Notes: generated by a model not told the origin, from the sequence alone. Positions 27,001 through 39,839 are shown, counted from the first letter of the whole stretch. The stretch: 63,605 nt of DNA, filler included, from Reticulomyxa filosa (GCA_000512085.1; 18 parts of 18 records of this genome joined end to end with filler, not necessarily neighbours in it); one strand, 5' to 3'. Numbers and translations: made by a program.

Positions 27001-27083
27001 AAGCCTGAGTATATATGTTTCTTTTGTACTTTCACATACGTTGAGTAATCGCCATCACCGTGGTGAAAGAGGTATTGGGTTCC
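15008..27083 (-). CDS. Giant HECT E3 ubiquitin ligase (LamG, CUB-like, PA-like, UBA, SPRY, HECT), 5'-truncated, with two apparent frameshifts
   Basis: HECT: FIGEGSTDIGGPYRE, FLRFVWGRNRLP, catalytic LPIAHTCFFSIDLPPY (HERC1/2-like). SPRY: GGKWYFECK..GLFPCVSL. LamG: WTHIAA..IYVNG..FFGQICDIRIW. Intron 26098..26239. Frame breaks at ~24430 and ~19738. Confidence 0.92.
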
Positions 27084-27581
27084 CTGTACGTTGTATTTTA
27101 TTCAAAATCAACGCTTTTTTTTTTTTTTTTTTTTTTTTTATTTTTAAAAAAAAAAAANNNNNNNNNNNNNNNNNNNNNNNNNNNNNNNNNNNNNNNNNNN
27201 NTTAATTAATTAANNNNNNNNNNNNNNNNNNNNNNNNNNNNNNNNNNNNNNNNNNNNCTAATCTTCAAAATAACATTTCCGCACTTTCTTGAACAAAATA
27301 TACAAATAAATTTTAAAAAACACACTTTCGTTTGCTGCCACGACATTCCTAGAAAAAAAAAATGGTATCACTGCGTTTTTTTTTGGAAAATTGACGTACA
27401 AAAAAAAACAAGGATACCAGAAATGAGACAATATTTAAATTAAATAAATGAAACATTAATTTATTATTTTAATTTATGAATTACTATGCAAGCATCATTC
27501 TTTACAAAAAACAAAAACAAAAATAAAAATAAAAAGAAAGGAGAAAATCAAATCATAGCATTAATTTTTGTTGCATCTTTT

Positions 27582-28250
27582 CTATTCGACCATGGAAGAA
27601 TGAAAGGAAACGACTCTGTTTCCAATTTTTTTTAAATAATCATTTTCGATTAAGGTAGAAGCCAAATGGTCCATCATACCCAAATAAGCAGAGTCTTGGT
27701 GGCAGTCCTTGACAGGATAGTTGTACAAATATGACCTTTCAAGATTGTTAAATTGTGCAAAAAATTGAAATCCATAAATTGTTGCTTTATTGGAAATCTT
27801 TTTCAAAATGGCCATAACATTTTGATCGTAATATTGCAGACTATTCAACGCATGAACAACATTTTTATTGCAGCAGACAAAACGAACGATTTTTCCTTTC
27901 CATGACCGTCCGAACAATTCAACTCCAAGAGAGAAGACTCGGAGTGTGTTGAAGACATCAGTATCGGTTGAACGACGATTCAACACGTGGAGGTAATAAG
28001 AGTTTTGATCATTTTCATTGCACATTCCAGCAAATGCAATATTGGAAAAAACAGCAAACAGAGTGAGATCAAAATATTTACCTTTCCACATAAGCCATCG
28101 CAAAGGTTTGATACAAGCTTGTTCACAAATACGACGCAAACTTTGCAGATCCTCTCGAAGCAATTGTCCCAACTCCAAGTCAAGTTTTTCGTCTTTGTCA
28201 ACTTTGGATGGAGTGAGACAATAGTACAACGCCTTTTGGAAATTGGACAA
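27582..28250 (-). CDS. DIRS-retrotransposon-like RT-connection/RNase H domain protein with degenerate catalytic residues
   Basis: LREDLQSL, LFAVFS..FAG, FNTLRVF..LFGRSWKGKIVRFVCCNKNVVHALN..VMAILKKI..GFQFFAQF..MDHLAS follow the spacing of the DIRS1 RNase H consensus. Confidence 0.6.
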   Translation of the reverse strand: MSNFQKALYYCLTPSKVDKDEKLDLELGQLLREDLQSLRRICEQACIKPLRWLMWKGKYFDLTLFAVFSNIAFAGMCNENDQNSYYLHVLNRRSTDTDVFNTLRVFSLGVELFGRSWKGKIVRFVCCNKNVVHALNSLQYYDQNVMAILKKISNKATIYGFQFFAQFNNLERSYLYNYPVKDCHQDSAYLGMMDHLASTLIENDYLKKIGNRVVSFHSSMVE

Positions 28251-30019
28251 GTATATGTTTGAAGAATTTGTAGCAGAGAAAGTGTGGCATTGGTATGAAA
28301 TAAAATGTAAAGAAAATCATAGTGGAGTTCCAGTGGTGTGTCTTCGGAACGAAGGGGTTAGACTCGTTCAAAAAAGGTTGTTGACATCATTCCAAGAGTT
28401 TGATCAACGCTTGACCATCTTACTCTCCTCTCATAAAGCATTTGTCAATGACATGGTCTGTGCAATACAACCAGTTGAATGTAACTATGAATGCTAATAT
28501 TAATGTTAATGTCAATGACAAACCGTTTGTGTTTGGCAAAACCNNNNNNNNNNNNNNNNNNNNNNNNNNNNNNNNNNNNNNNNNNNNTTAATTAATTAAN
28601 NNNNNNNNNNNNNNNNNNNNNNNNNNNNNNNNNNNNNNNNNNNTTTTTTTTGACAATGTGCTAATTTTAACTTGGATAAGATCTCATTCTTGTTAAAAAA
28701 AATATCTTAACGACGTCTTCAGTCTTGGATAGCAATACTTTGACAATTGGCATCTTATGGAATCGTTTAACTTTTCGTATTTGATTTCCAATGTCTCCTT
28801 GATTTCACTTTCGCTTTCGCGAGTTTATATTCCTTGCAGCAGGGCATATATATTCACTCAGGGTTAGTCACTGCTTCTTCACACTTTTTCTTCGTTCGGA
28901 AACGAATGTCTTACGATAAATATCACATCTTGGCTGCCTTGCAATTCTTTGTTACCATCTTGGTTTCTTTTTATTCAATTTGTCCATTCTTGGCACCATT
29001 GAAGTTATGATCTACTTTTCTGTACAATGCGTTCTTATTTTTCAATCCAAGTAACTTAATCACCGATGTTGCTGATTTAAGTTCTTTGGACTTAATTGGA
29101 GTGACGACAAAAACATGTCATTTGCATCGAGATTGCCAATTTCAAAGGCGTCAAATACTTCTGCTAAATTAGATCTTATCCAGTTAAAAGACTAGCACCT
29201 CGTCCCAAAAGGCAGTACTCTAAAGAAAAGAAAAAGTACAATCAACAAAAAAATTTAAACACTTATCACCAAAAAGGTTTGAGCTATTATATTTGTGTAA
29301 TAGCAAAGTGTTTCAATTTATTTGCCACTTTTGCATTTTAGTGATATTCTGATTGGCCGACTGTTTCCTGCAGCTTCGTTTGGACCGTTGATTGCTGATA
29401 TATATCTGATATATTCAACTTTGCTAATGACTTAATCAATTGCAATTTCGCATCGAATTCTGTGTGAAATATCTATTTTATCGAATAAATTGAAGATGTT
29501 ACTTGCAGTTTATAAGATATAATAAATTATATTCATATATCATGATATTTCAACAATCAAATATGAATAAATTTGATCATTTGAAGTATCTTGTATTGTT
29601 CATAAATTCATTACTATTTCAATCATATTAATTTCATTTATAGTAAAGCATCTATTAAACTTGTATAATTGCCATTTTTATATTCATATAAATTTGTCAA
29701 TTTTTTTTCTTTCAGCTAAGCCATTTTGTACATTTCCATACTCGGTTGTCCATGTCAGCAATATATTGTTTCATTTTATCTACATACTTAACTGTTTTCA
29801 TACTTTCTTAGTTACTTTTATTGCTTATTTCTATATTTGATTCTTCATCTATTGTACATTCTTATTTGTTCAAAGTAATTTAGTTTATATATAAACTATA
29901 CATTAGTATATTGTAAATAATCATCTCCAAACTTTAATATGTTGCTTAACCTCTTTCATCCACGCATTAATACTGTTGTCACATTGTTTAATTATTTGCT
30001 AAATGTTTTGTAAGTCATA

Positions 30020-30400
30020 CAGTAGGATAAAAAAGAAAGTTGACGCCTAAAATGCCACCTTATAGAGATTATTGTGTTTCTCCCTGAAAAAACAACATTT
30101 AATCAAAATTTTTTAAAAAATATCTACGAATGGTTCGTCAGATAAAATTTCTTTATATATATCACTATTTACTCCACCTTACACCTTGCAAGCGTAACCT
30201 GTTCATAATGCTCCAAAACATGACCAGACTAAAATGCTTCCACCAAATTTTGCTCTTCTTGTTATGGAATTTTCATCTAATGGTTGTCAATCAATATTTC
30301 GGCAACAAAATAATCAAAATGACAAAAATCAATATCGAACACCTAAAAAAAAGGGAAAAAAATTGTTTAAAAAAAGATTGTCAAATTTCATGACTACGAG
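30020..30400 (+). mobile_element. Tc1/mariner-type element end (TIR), copy 1
   Basis: TA|CAGTAGGATAAAAAAGAAAGTTGACGCCTAAAATGCCACCTTA. Near-identical to 37786 over ~110 nt. 30370-30400 matches 50540-50570. Confidence 0.8.
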
Positions 30401-30500
30401 NNNNNNNNNNNNNNNNNNNNNNNNNNNNNNNNNNNNNNNNNNNNTTAATTAATTAANNNNNNNNNNNNNNNNNNNNNNNNNNNNNNNNNNNNNNNNNNNN

Positions 30501-31457
30501 ACGTCCGTTTTTGAAGGCGTTGCACGGATTGATAGAGTTAGTGTTTGCAAGTGCAAAGAAGGAGTGTGTGGTATCGTTTGCGTCAATCATCGAATCAAGT
30601 CTGTCCACATTGCTTGTATTGGATAACAGCAAGTACTTGCCAATCGATGGATAATTTGATCCATCTGTTTCAGCACTCATTTTTTATGAGTTTATGCGCA
30701 ACGAGTGCCTATCGCTGCTGCCCAGATATATCATTGGCTGCTTTTGGACTTTTTTTACCTCCAATCGACCGATTGTTTCATGGCCTGCTGTGTGGCGAAG
30801 ACCAGACCCATCATCTGTTGGGTCAAGAAATTTCTGCGGAAAAAGCGCCGGAAATTTCCGCGACGCAATGGGGGTGTCACTTGCTCCAGCGATGCTACTA
30901 CGTGCAGAACGATCTGTTGGCGTTGTCGAGTTTCCACAAAGACTCGGTCACCAAAATGACACTAATATCAAAATGCCAAGCGAGGGGAAAGTATTGAAGC
31001 AATGGTTTGATGAGTCGTCGTCTTCGTTGTCATTGGCTATTGTTGGATGATGTGTTTGAATATTGCATTCAAATGGTATGCCCTCCACTATCAACGACGA
31101 CAACAAGACATGATAATGAAACCAAAGTAAACACTAATGATGATAATAATAACAGCTATAGCTTTACAAGTAAAAGCTCATGCATTGCAGCTGCTGCTAG
31201 GATGGATGCAGGTTAATCACAAATTCATGGACGGTCTGTTGAAAGGCAAGCATCCTGCTCCTACGACGTATACAGAGACGAACTCTGCGCATGACATGTA
31301 TCGCTGCTACTGGACTCGCTTCGCCTCATATCAAGTCTACATTGACGAAATCATCCAGCAAAAATTGGGACCCTTTTCGCTCGGTCATTTGCTTGGTGGA
31401 GGAGCTGTTTGAGAAACACGTGCTGCTAACTGGATATAGACCAATGAACCAATAGAC
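30501..31457 (+). pseudogene. Frameshifted coding fragment, possibly EST1/SMG5-7-like
   Basis: GC-richer coding-like pieces in alternating frames: FLKALHGLI.., LQLLLGWMQ..YWTRFA.., EELFEKHVLLTGYRPM (compare the EST1-type L.ED..L.GF.PL motif). Family call is weak. Confidence 0.3.
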
Positions 31458-31819
31458 TAATATATACTAATAAAATAATACATAAATGGACAAACAAACA
31501 AATAAACATGCAAAGATCCAAAAGTGCAAGAAGCAGCGAGCAGCGAATTGTTAAAGTACATATTGCGGATGGATAACACGTCATATCAGCCATTGTTAGC
31601 GTATATCTTGCAATCGAGTCAAGGTTTGAGAGGTCAGCTAAAGACATTTACGCAGTAGCATCAGTTGTAGTGGTCTCTCTTCTGACGATTGGCACATGCG
31701 TGCATTGGTGGCGGTGCTANNNNNNNNNNNNNNNNNNNNNNNNNNNNNNNNNNNNNNNNNNNNTTAATTAATTAANNNNNNNNNNNNNNNNNNNNNNNNN
31801 NNNNNNNNNNNNNNNNNNN

Positions 31820-31850
<31 letters not shown>

Positions 31851-31852
<2 letters not shown>

Positions 31853-33113
31853 TAATGTGGATTTGAATAACAACAACAACAACAACAAAATGGATAATGC
31901 AAAAAAAAAAAAAAAAAATAAAAGTGAAGAAAACTCCAAAGCCAAGTATTCATGTGACACGGAGCCACGTGGACGTAAGGACTACGTTGATGCATTGCAA
32001 GTGGGACATGACCAAGGACAAGTACAACTGCAAAAGGACACTAGAACGAACGCGCAGATGCGAACTGCGGATAATAATGACGACAACGATGACGATGATG
32101 ACGATGATGATGACGATGACAAAGAGGAGGAAGGGATGACACTCGCAAAGCGAGGAGAAGGACAGCAGAAACAAAAGAAAGACGGAGGTGAAAAGAGTAA
32201 AGACGACGGATATATGTCGAACGCAATGCTGTGGGCTATTGAAAAGGAAAAGCTGCAAATGGAAAAAGAAATCATGGAACGGCGATGGAACGAACAAAAG
32301 CTAAAGAACAAGCAATTGCGACTTCAAATGAAAGAGCAAAGTGAGTTAATGAAGCGCATGCAATTCAAACTCGATTATTTAATCCAAAAGGACCAAGAAA
32401 AAGAAAAACATAAAAAAAGAAGGGATAAAACCAACAATGAAAGTGAAAGTAAACATACAAACCAAAAGCAAGTCCAAGAAAACAAAGCAAAGCAAATGAA
32501 GCAAGCAATAGCCAAGGAATCATTTGTATCAAAGTCGACGACCCAAACGGATAGCGAATCTGACCTTTATGTCTTCGAAGAGGAAGAAGAGGAAGATGAA
32601 GAAACTGTCACACCGACTTTTGACAGTGCTATGCGACAACGAACGTTGGCGTTCGATGATAGTGTCACACACCAAACGCGATCGCCCAAACGGGTAGTTC
32701 ATTGCCGTAACCAAAGTCGTAGCCACAGTCATAGTCGCAGTCATAGTCATAGCCATAGTCAAAGTCAAAGTCAAAGTCAAAGTCAGAGTCACAGTGTCAC
32801 CGCTGGCATCTTTGAAAAAAGAAACCCGCACGCACGCGCGTATGCACGCATCAATGGCAAACCAAGTCCATTGACAAGAGGACACCAACAAGAACAAGAA
32901 CCAGAACAGGTGCTTGGCAATCCTTTTCAATCCAAAACACCTTTGCCTGCACATGCCAATGTCAAAGCAAATATAAATGCAAATGCAAATACAAATGCAA
33001 ATGCAAATGCAAATGTAAATGTAAATACGATGTTTTTGCCTGTACTAGGTCCACTGGAAAGTTCCAGTGACTATAGTAGTGATCATGGTGACAATAGTAA
33101 CCATAGCAACAAC

Positions 33114-33148
<35 letters not shown>

Positions 33149-33915
33149 TAACAATAACAACACTAATAATAGCGATGATGAAGGTGTCCCTTTTGGTGAT
33201 CATCGACGTCGTGAAATGCATGGCAGTCGTTCCAAACAAACTCGCAGACACAGTAAGATAGGACACGTCGACCAAAGCGTATTTCAATCACTGCCTTTTG
33301 CAAAATCGCAAGCCTTTCCAGTCGAATTCCATTCTAAACAAATCAACACGTTTAACACACGAACTTTGCTACAAACAAATCAATCAAAGTCGACTTCACA
33401 AAGCAAGCCAATGATACATATATGTGTATATACAAATGTATTTAGGTATATGTGCGTGTGTGTGTGTGTGTATGTGTGTATGTGTGTATGGCAACTATAT
33501 AGACAACCACTGGAAATAATCTCTAGCTATGCCAGTCGGGTCAACGAGTGGCTGAGCAAAATAAAGTTCTCAAAGCGCGACGGCGATGACAGAGACGATA
33601 TGCCATGGCAAACGATTTGGGCAGGGGGCAAGGCGCAGAGTTTGAGCGTGCTAAACAAGGTGCTGATGGAATGCATGCGTCTGCAAATTCATATCAATCG
33701 TAGCAATGACGAAGATGGTAAGGAAGAAGGGTATTGTGATAACAACAACAATGATAAATTGTGGGAGCAGCTAATACATGCAATTGATTGCAATGACAAA
33801 CATTTGTCCAAAGCGCAGAAGGACGACATTGCAATGGAGGCCAAAGTCTTGCATCGCATGTTGGACGCATGGCGACAACAACAAAGTCATCAAAACAATA
33901 GCAATAACAACAACC

Positions 33916-33956
<41 letters not shown>
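31851..33956 (+). CDS. Low-complexity (poly-N/D, SH/SQ, NA repeats) protein with a coiled coil, partial at both ends
   Basis: 715-codon ORF with a probable in-frame TG-rich intron near 33420-33500. No domain recognised. Confidence 0.65.
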
Positions 33957-34057
33957 NNNNNNNNNNNNNNNNNNNNNNNNNNNNNNNNNNNNNNNNNNNN
34001 TTAATTAATTAANNNNNNNNNNNNNNNNNNNNNNNNNNNNNNNNNNNNNNNNNNNNT

Positions 34058-34204
34058 GGAATAACATATGATCGATCATCAATTATGAACCAATATCAAA
34101 GTATTCCAAATTATTCTTCTTTATTGATTGATGAAAATTTACGACTTTATCCTGATTATGGTTTGAGACAAAATATTCAAAATTTTTTGAAAAACTCAAA
34201 ATGA
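34058..34204 (+). CDS. C-terminal U-box domain fragment (E3 ligase), 5'-truncated
   Basis: GITYDRSSIMNQY..LRLYPDYGLRQNIQNFLKNSK*, matching U-box G.TY(D/E)R..I and L.PN..LR..I motifs. Confidence 0.7.
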   Translation, partial: GITYDRSSIMNQYQSIPNYSSLLIDENLRLYPDYGLRQNIQNFLKNSK

Positions 34205-35196
34205 TGTTTTATCATTTGTGTGTATGTGCAATTTTTACTTTTTAAAAAAGATTTGTAACAAATCATTTTAAGTACATTTCAAGTTTTGTCTCTGATTGAA
34301 TAAACATGGTGTTCTAATTGCTACTTAAAAAAAAAAAAGAATATTTGATACAATTTATGAAAGAACAAGTTTATTTGATTTCTTTTTCTGAAACATCCAC
34401 AATCAACTGACATAATTGATTTTGAAGTCCAGTATCAAGATTTGTGTATCATTGTTATGTTGAATATGAAAATTCAAAAACGAATAACTAAACACGGTAA
34501 ATCAAAAATAAATAACTTAATTGAATCAAATTATAATTCAAACCTATTTGTAGAAAAGTTTTCATAAACACCTCTTCAATTAGTTTGCAAAAAAATATTT
34601 TTGAATAAGTTAATAGTATATTCCAGTGATTAAATTGTTTTGTATAAATAATAAAGTGATTAAACTTTTATTCTGACTTGACTATGTTATTTGTCACCAT
34701 TAGCGATATTCCTTGAGAAACCAATTTGCAATACAATTGAAAATTGAATGTATGCGCAAATTACAAAAAGTTGTTTTTATTTTCTTTGCAAATGTGAGAA
34801 CTTGTATCAATAAAAACAGAACAAGCAAAAGACAAAATTATTTGATGATAAGGTAAAAATATGATTACGATTATTTATCTTTGTCAACATTTAATTGATC
34901 TAAACAAAAGAGGAAATTGTTTAAGCAACGTTATAACAAATTTAGCAAAAGCAAATACTTTTTACACGTGTATATATTGTGATGTCCTTTTGATTGCAAT
35001 TATATAAATGAAATAAGTTTATGAATATGCGATTGATAACAAAACTTGTTGTAAAGTATTATGCCATTTTCCAGTTGAAACAGTATTACATGTTAANNNN
35101 NNNNNNNNNNNNNNNNNNNNNNNNNNNNNNNNNNNNNNNNTTAATTAATTAANNNNNNNNNNNNNNNNNNNNNNNNNNNNNNNNNNNNNNNNNNNN

Positions 35197-35580
35197 GAAG
35201 GAGAAGAAAAAAAAAAAAAAAACAACAAACTTTTTTTGCAGCAAATGGTATTTTAATGTCATGTAGTGGAGCGTGAATAACAGATGTTCGGCACTCAGCT
35301 CATTACTGAGGTGCTTGATGAACATCAAAAAACCACTTTTGCAACATATCAATGCGACAAACCCTATATGCGATCCATAGAATGTTTCAACGGCTTCCAC
35401 TTCTTCGCACTCGCTAAGGCTGATTGCTGATATGGTCATATTAAACCGTTTCATCAATGTGCTTTGACTGATATTGAATCTTTGGTTTCGCATATCCTCA
35501 CTTGTTTCTTGTGACACACAACAGCAGTGATTGAATATCGTCATTGTCGTTATATCTTCTTGTGCTTTTTTATGGCCTCT

Positions 35581-35615
<35 letters not shown>

Positions 35616-36795
35616 ATCGCTGGCAGTTGTTTGTCGATTAACTCGTGGACCTTCTCCGATTTTTCTTAACTTCACAATCAGGCTATGTCGAAACATTATC
35701 TGAGCTTTTCGGTTTAATCGGACCAATCCCCCATATAGTATTATCACGTAGTAGCATACCAATATTCCGTCCCACAAATTCAATAATACCAACGTCATTC
35801 GATTGATCCAGCCCAACAACACAACCGACAATTGCCAGCAAAACAGAAAGGCCAATACCGTGCAAGTTGCCAGTACATGAAGTCTCATTTCACTTTGAAC
35901 GCCAATCGTATCTCCTTGGATCCCAGATGTTTTTCCGGGATAACTTTTACCCAACATCAGAAAGTGATATATCAGAAACATTGCTATTATTGTTAGTGCC
36001 ATTGCACCGCAACTTGCCAACAAGGACGCCATGTACAACCACTCATTCCCATTTTTGATTAGTAAACAAATCCTATTTTTTTTTTTTTTTAGCATTCCCC
36101 TTACCAAAAAAAAGTATACGTAGCAAAAAAAAAAGTGCTTTTGACAAAAATACATCACCAAACCCAATAAAAACTTCATAAGCAACAAATGCCGCACAAA
36201 TTACAAAAATTACCCATCTTGTATTTCCAAATGTGTTTTTGTATTCTAATATCCAAGATGTTTTGAAGTACTGTGTTGTGACTGTTGCAAATGGTTTAAC
36301 CCAGGATAGTTCTAACATATGTTGACGGACGCACGAGTCGAATGATACCATCCAAAGGCGCACTGTGGTTGTCCATGACAAAGCTAACATCAACTCTTTC
36401 ATCAAACAAAACCAAACACTGCTACTCATTAATTCCAGAGCAAACATTACATTAAATATCGGTACCATTACTATGCACACACATACACATCCCCACAAAC
36501 GTTTTGGAAACTGTCTTAAGTAACAAAAAAATGTACAGTTCTTTATACCACAAATGTAAAAGGTTGCAAACAGCAAAAAACCAAGCGCCAAGTATGGACG
36601 TCTCTTTTTCAGGTATCCGTCTATTTTACAAATGTAAAAAAGCACGTTGGTATATATTAAGCAAAAACTTTTAACAGACACGAAACTTTCGTGCAATTGC
36701 CAAAATTGCACAATGTGAGACAGAAAAACTGGAATGAGAATCAACAATTTCACGCCAGCGAAAATCCAAAATGCAATCACACTCCCAAAAAACAT
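35197..36795 (-). CDS. 7TM receptor-like protein fused to a C-terminal RGS domain, multi-exon, 3'-truncated
   Basis: TMs with YLKKRRPYL loop, VRLWMVSFD after TM3, GDTIGVQSEMR before TM6. RGS start GFLMFIKHLSNELSAEHLLF. Intron 36073..36145. Confidence 0.78.
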
Positions 36796-37785
36796 CTTTA
36801 GAGTGGGTCTTTCACTCAGAGTTACATCAATTCGAAAAACTCTATCGGGTTCGTGTCCCCACGTACGCAACCAAACTACAATTAATGATCGTATTTTCTC
36901 GTAACTAAACATTCTTTTCTCACTAAAACCAATTTTTATGAATTACTACAAGTTTCACAATATTTGCAAATGTATTTAAGATAAAAAACTAACTGAATTT
37001 TTTGATTACTCGCGATTTATGTGTAACTACTTTGTTATAATTAGTCATTTTTTGCAAAGTTACGTTTTTAAAGTAAATTTCAAGTATTGTGTGTTTAATG
37101 TTTGTCATTCTGAAAAAAACTTTGAAAACTTTTTTACAGGAAAAAACAAGTCTCAGCAGCTAGTATAAGTAAAAGTAATCATACTATCACTGAATGCAGA
37201 TATTGAATAATCTTTTACGTTGTAATTGTAATGGACACATAATGTAAGTTTGTCCACAAAGAGAGCATACTTATTGTTAGTGTCTAGTAAAGAAATGAAA
37301 AAGTTTAGTGTATAGTCTTGCTTCACATATAAGCAGTTAAAATAATTCCAAATTGGAGCAATAATGAAAGTATATAATTATGGTGATATTTCATTAATAA
37401 TAGAATTACTGTCACAAATGGGCTCAAAGTTTTTAAAGGTACAAGAAATTCACACTGGTAAAGATAACAATCGAAATGAAAGTCAAAATGTAATTAATAA
37501 ATATAATAATCATGTGTGTCATTGAATGTGAACAAAATAAAAGAATTAAATACATAAATTGAAATGACAACTAAATTCAAAAACGCGATTCAAACATTAT
37601 GAACATAACATTAGAAAATTCTAAGAAATAGCTTAAACAAATAATTGTAATGACATTATACTATATGACTTACTTTTTATTTGATTTAAATAAATGTAAA
37701 TGATATGCAAATGTCTTTGCCAATAAATATGCTTTATCATTGTCTAATATTGACACTGAATTTGTTTACAAATGTTACAATAATA

Positions 37786-37981
37786 CAGTAGGATAAAAAA
37801 GAAAGTTGACACCTAAAATGCCACCTTAAAGAGATTATTGTGTTTCTACATGAAAAACAACATTTAATCAAAATTTTTTAAAAATATCTACGAGTCGTGT
37901 AGTTTTTAAATATCATTTTGGTTTTTTATTAAGTCTTTCTAATTTTTTCAAAAATTTTAATCTTTCATTTACTTTAAAAAA
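37786..37981 (+). mobile_element. Tc1/mariner-type element end (TIR), copy 2
   Basis: TA|CAGTAGGATAAAAAAGAAAGTTGACACCTAAAATGCCACC.., running into the contig end. Confidence 0.8.
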
Positions 37982-38140
37982 NNNNNNNNNNNNNNNNNNN
38001 NNNNNNNNNNNNNNNNNNNNNNNNNTTAATTAATTAANNNNNNNNNNNNNNNNNNNNNNNNNNNNNNNNNNNNNNNNNNNNTTTTTTTTTTTTTTTTTTT
38101 TTTTTTTTGCATGATGTTTTGAAAACTTAAAGCTGACACA

Positions 38141-39696
38141 CGGATTGATAATGAGCGCAGTGTTAGCCATTGTGGTTGATTCCGGATATGAAGTGGGGAA
38201 GTCAACGTGTTGGATTTCAATTCCGTATTGGCTGCTCATTTGCGGTGTCATGCTTGGTGATTTGATTTATGGATTTGGTTTTTTTTATGTGTTTTGGAGA
38301 GTTTTGTAAAAAAAAAAAAAAAAAGGATATACATTATATATACGTACACAATATATACATATACATATATATGTATATATATATGTATACGTATATAGGG
38401 ATATAAGAAATCTATGCATCATGTCAGAAAAAGCATCACCGCAGTGGAAGTGCAGAAAAATCAACAACATATGCGACAGCATTTGATAGCCTATTCGGTG
38501 CAAGCGGTGACAGCGTTATTGTGCTACGTTGTCCTGCTGTATATGCAATTGAGTTTTGTGTCGGTGTTATTCTGGGAAATGGACTTGACGATTAGCAATG
38601 TATGCGTGTACACACTGTTTCAGAGACGCAAAGGTAGCGCACGCTGTAAACAATGTCATTGCACGTGGACCCACATTTGTGGTGACGATAATAATGGCAA
38701 TCATGGTAACGACAATCATGGTAACGACAATCATGATAACAATAGTAACAATAATAACAATGGAAATGGTGTGGGATATGGCCGACCTCCGCCGGGCAAC
38801 AAAGACTTACCGTCACTGGCCGCGTCGCAGACGCACAGTTTGACGTTGTTCTTCCCCAATCATTGGAAAGGTGGACACAGCTCGGTCGTCGCCATTCCGC
38901 GCAAGATTATGCGAAAGCTGTCGGGTCACAGTCACGACGACAAAAGTCACAGTGAGCCGCATTATCGTGACCCTCATGATCGTCTCCGTCCGCAAATGAC
39001 TAATTTGCACAGCAACAGCGCGCATAGCATTTTCTCCGAATGTTTTGTAGTATTTCTTCAATTTTTTTTTTTTTTTTTTTTTAAGAGAGAAGTCAAAAAG
39101 GGGGGAGGAACTTTTTACTCCTAAAAAAAAAAAAAAAAAATAGTGTTCCTTTCCTCCCCTCTTCAATTTTTTTTTTTTTTTTTTTTTTTTTGTAAGTATG
39201 TAAATGCAACAATTGGTACACAGCTGGTCAACACATGCAGCCAGTACCATTGTCCGTGGCAGACTCGATGAAACATCAACAAACGACAACGCAGCAGCTG
39301 AAGACGCAGGTGGTGGAAATGCACGCACGTCTTCCAAGCGTCTTGCAAACTGCTCCTGTGCTCGACAGTACGCAAGACCTGGACCACGCGGGCACGGCCA
39401 TGTCTTCCCTTGGCCACGACGAAAACATTAGTCCGCTGTCCTATGACGACGACGTCTCCCCGATCAATAAAAACACACTTCACAAGCCGGGATCCAATGC
39501 CGCCAACGTCAACATCAACATGCAACTGGAACTGGCCAAAGCCAACTCCTTGCTCGGCTTAGGCCATCGTCCAAAGGCCGTCAAACAATATCCACAATAT
39601 ATTGCTCCCACTGGTACTATCACTAGTACTGCTGCTGCTACTGCTGCTGCTACTGCTGCTGCTGTTGATGTTAATGTTGATATTGATGTTGCTGTT
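38141..39696 (+). CDS. Orphan 7TM receptor-like protein (TM4-TM7 and long low-complexity tail), partial
   Basis: GLIMSAVLAIVV..KSTCWISIPYWLLICGVMLGDLIYGF (extracellular-loop Cys then TM5), then TM6/TM7 (..FWEMDLTISNVCVYTLF) in ORF 38414..39124. Tail exon 39223 onward. Confidence 0.55.
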
Positions 39697-39806
39697 NNNN
39701 NNNNNNNNNNNNNNNNNNNNNNNNNNNNNNNNNNNNNNNNTTAATTAATTAANNNNNNNNNNNNNNNNNNNNNNNNNNNNNNNNNNNNNNNNNNNNCCCC
39801 CCCTTT

Positions 39807-39839
<33 letters not shown>

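Noticed and set aside
15464-27008. Many plus-strand and alternate-frame ORFs overlapping the HECT gene
   Set aside because: Antisense shadows expected from a long, GC-richer coding sequence. No motifs.
28644-30017. Coding-like fragments on the minus strand
   Set aside because: Stops in all frames and no recognisable motif. Too decayed to call.
33109-33170. (AAT/AAC)n tracts here and at ~13680, ~18065 and ~33915
   Set aside because: Ordinary poly-Asn coding microsatellites, common in AT-rich protists.
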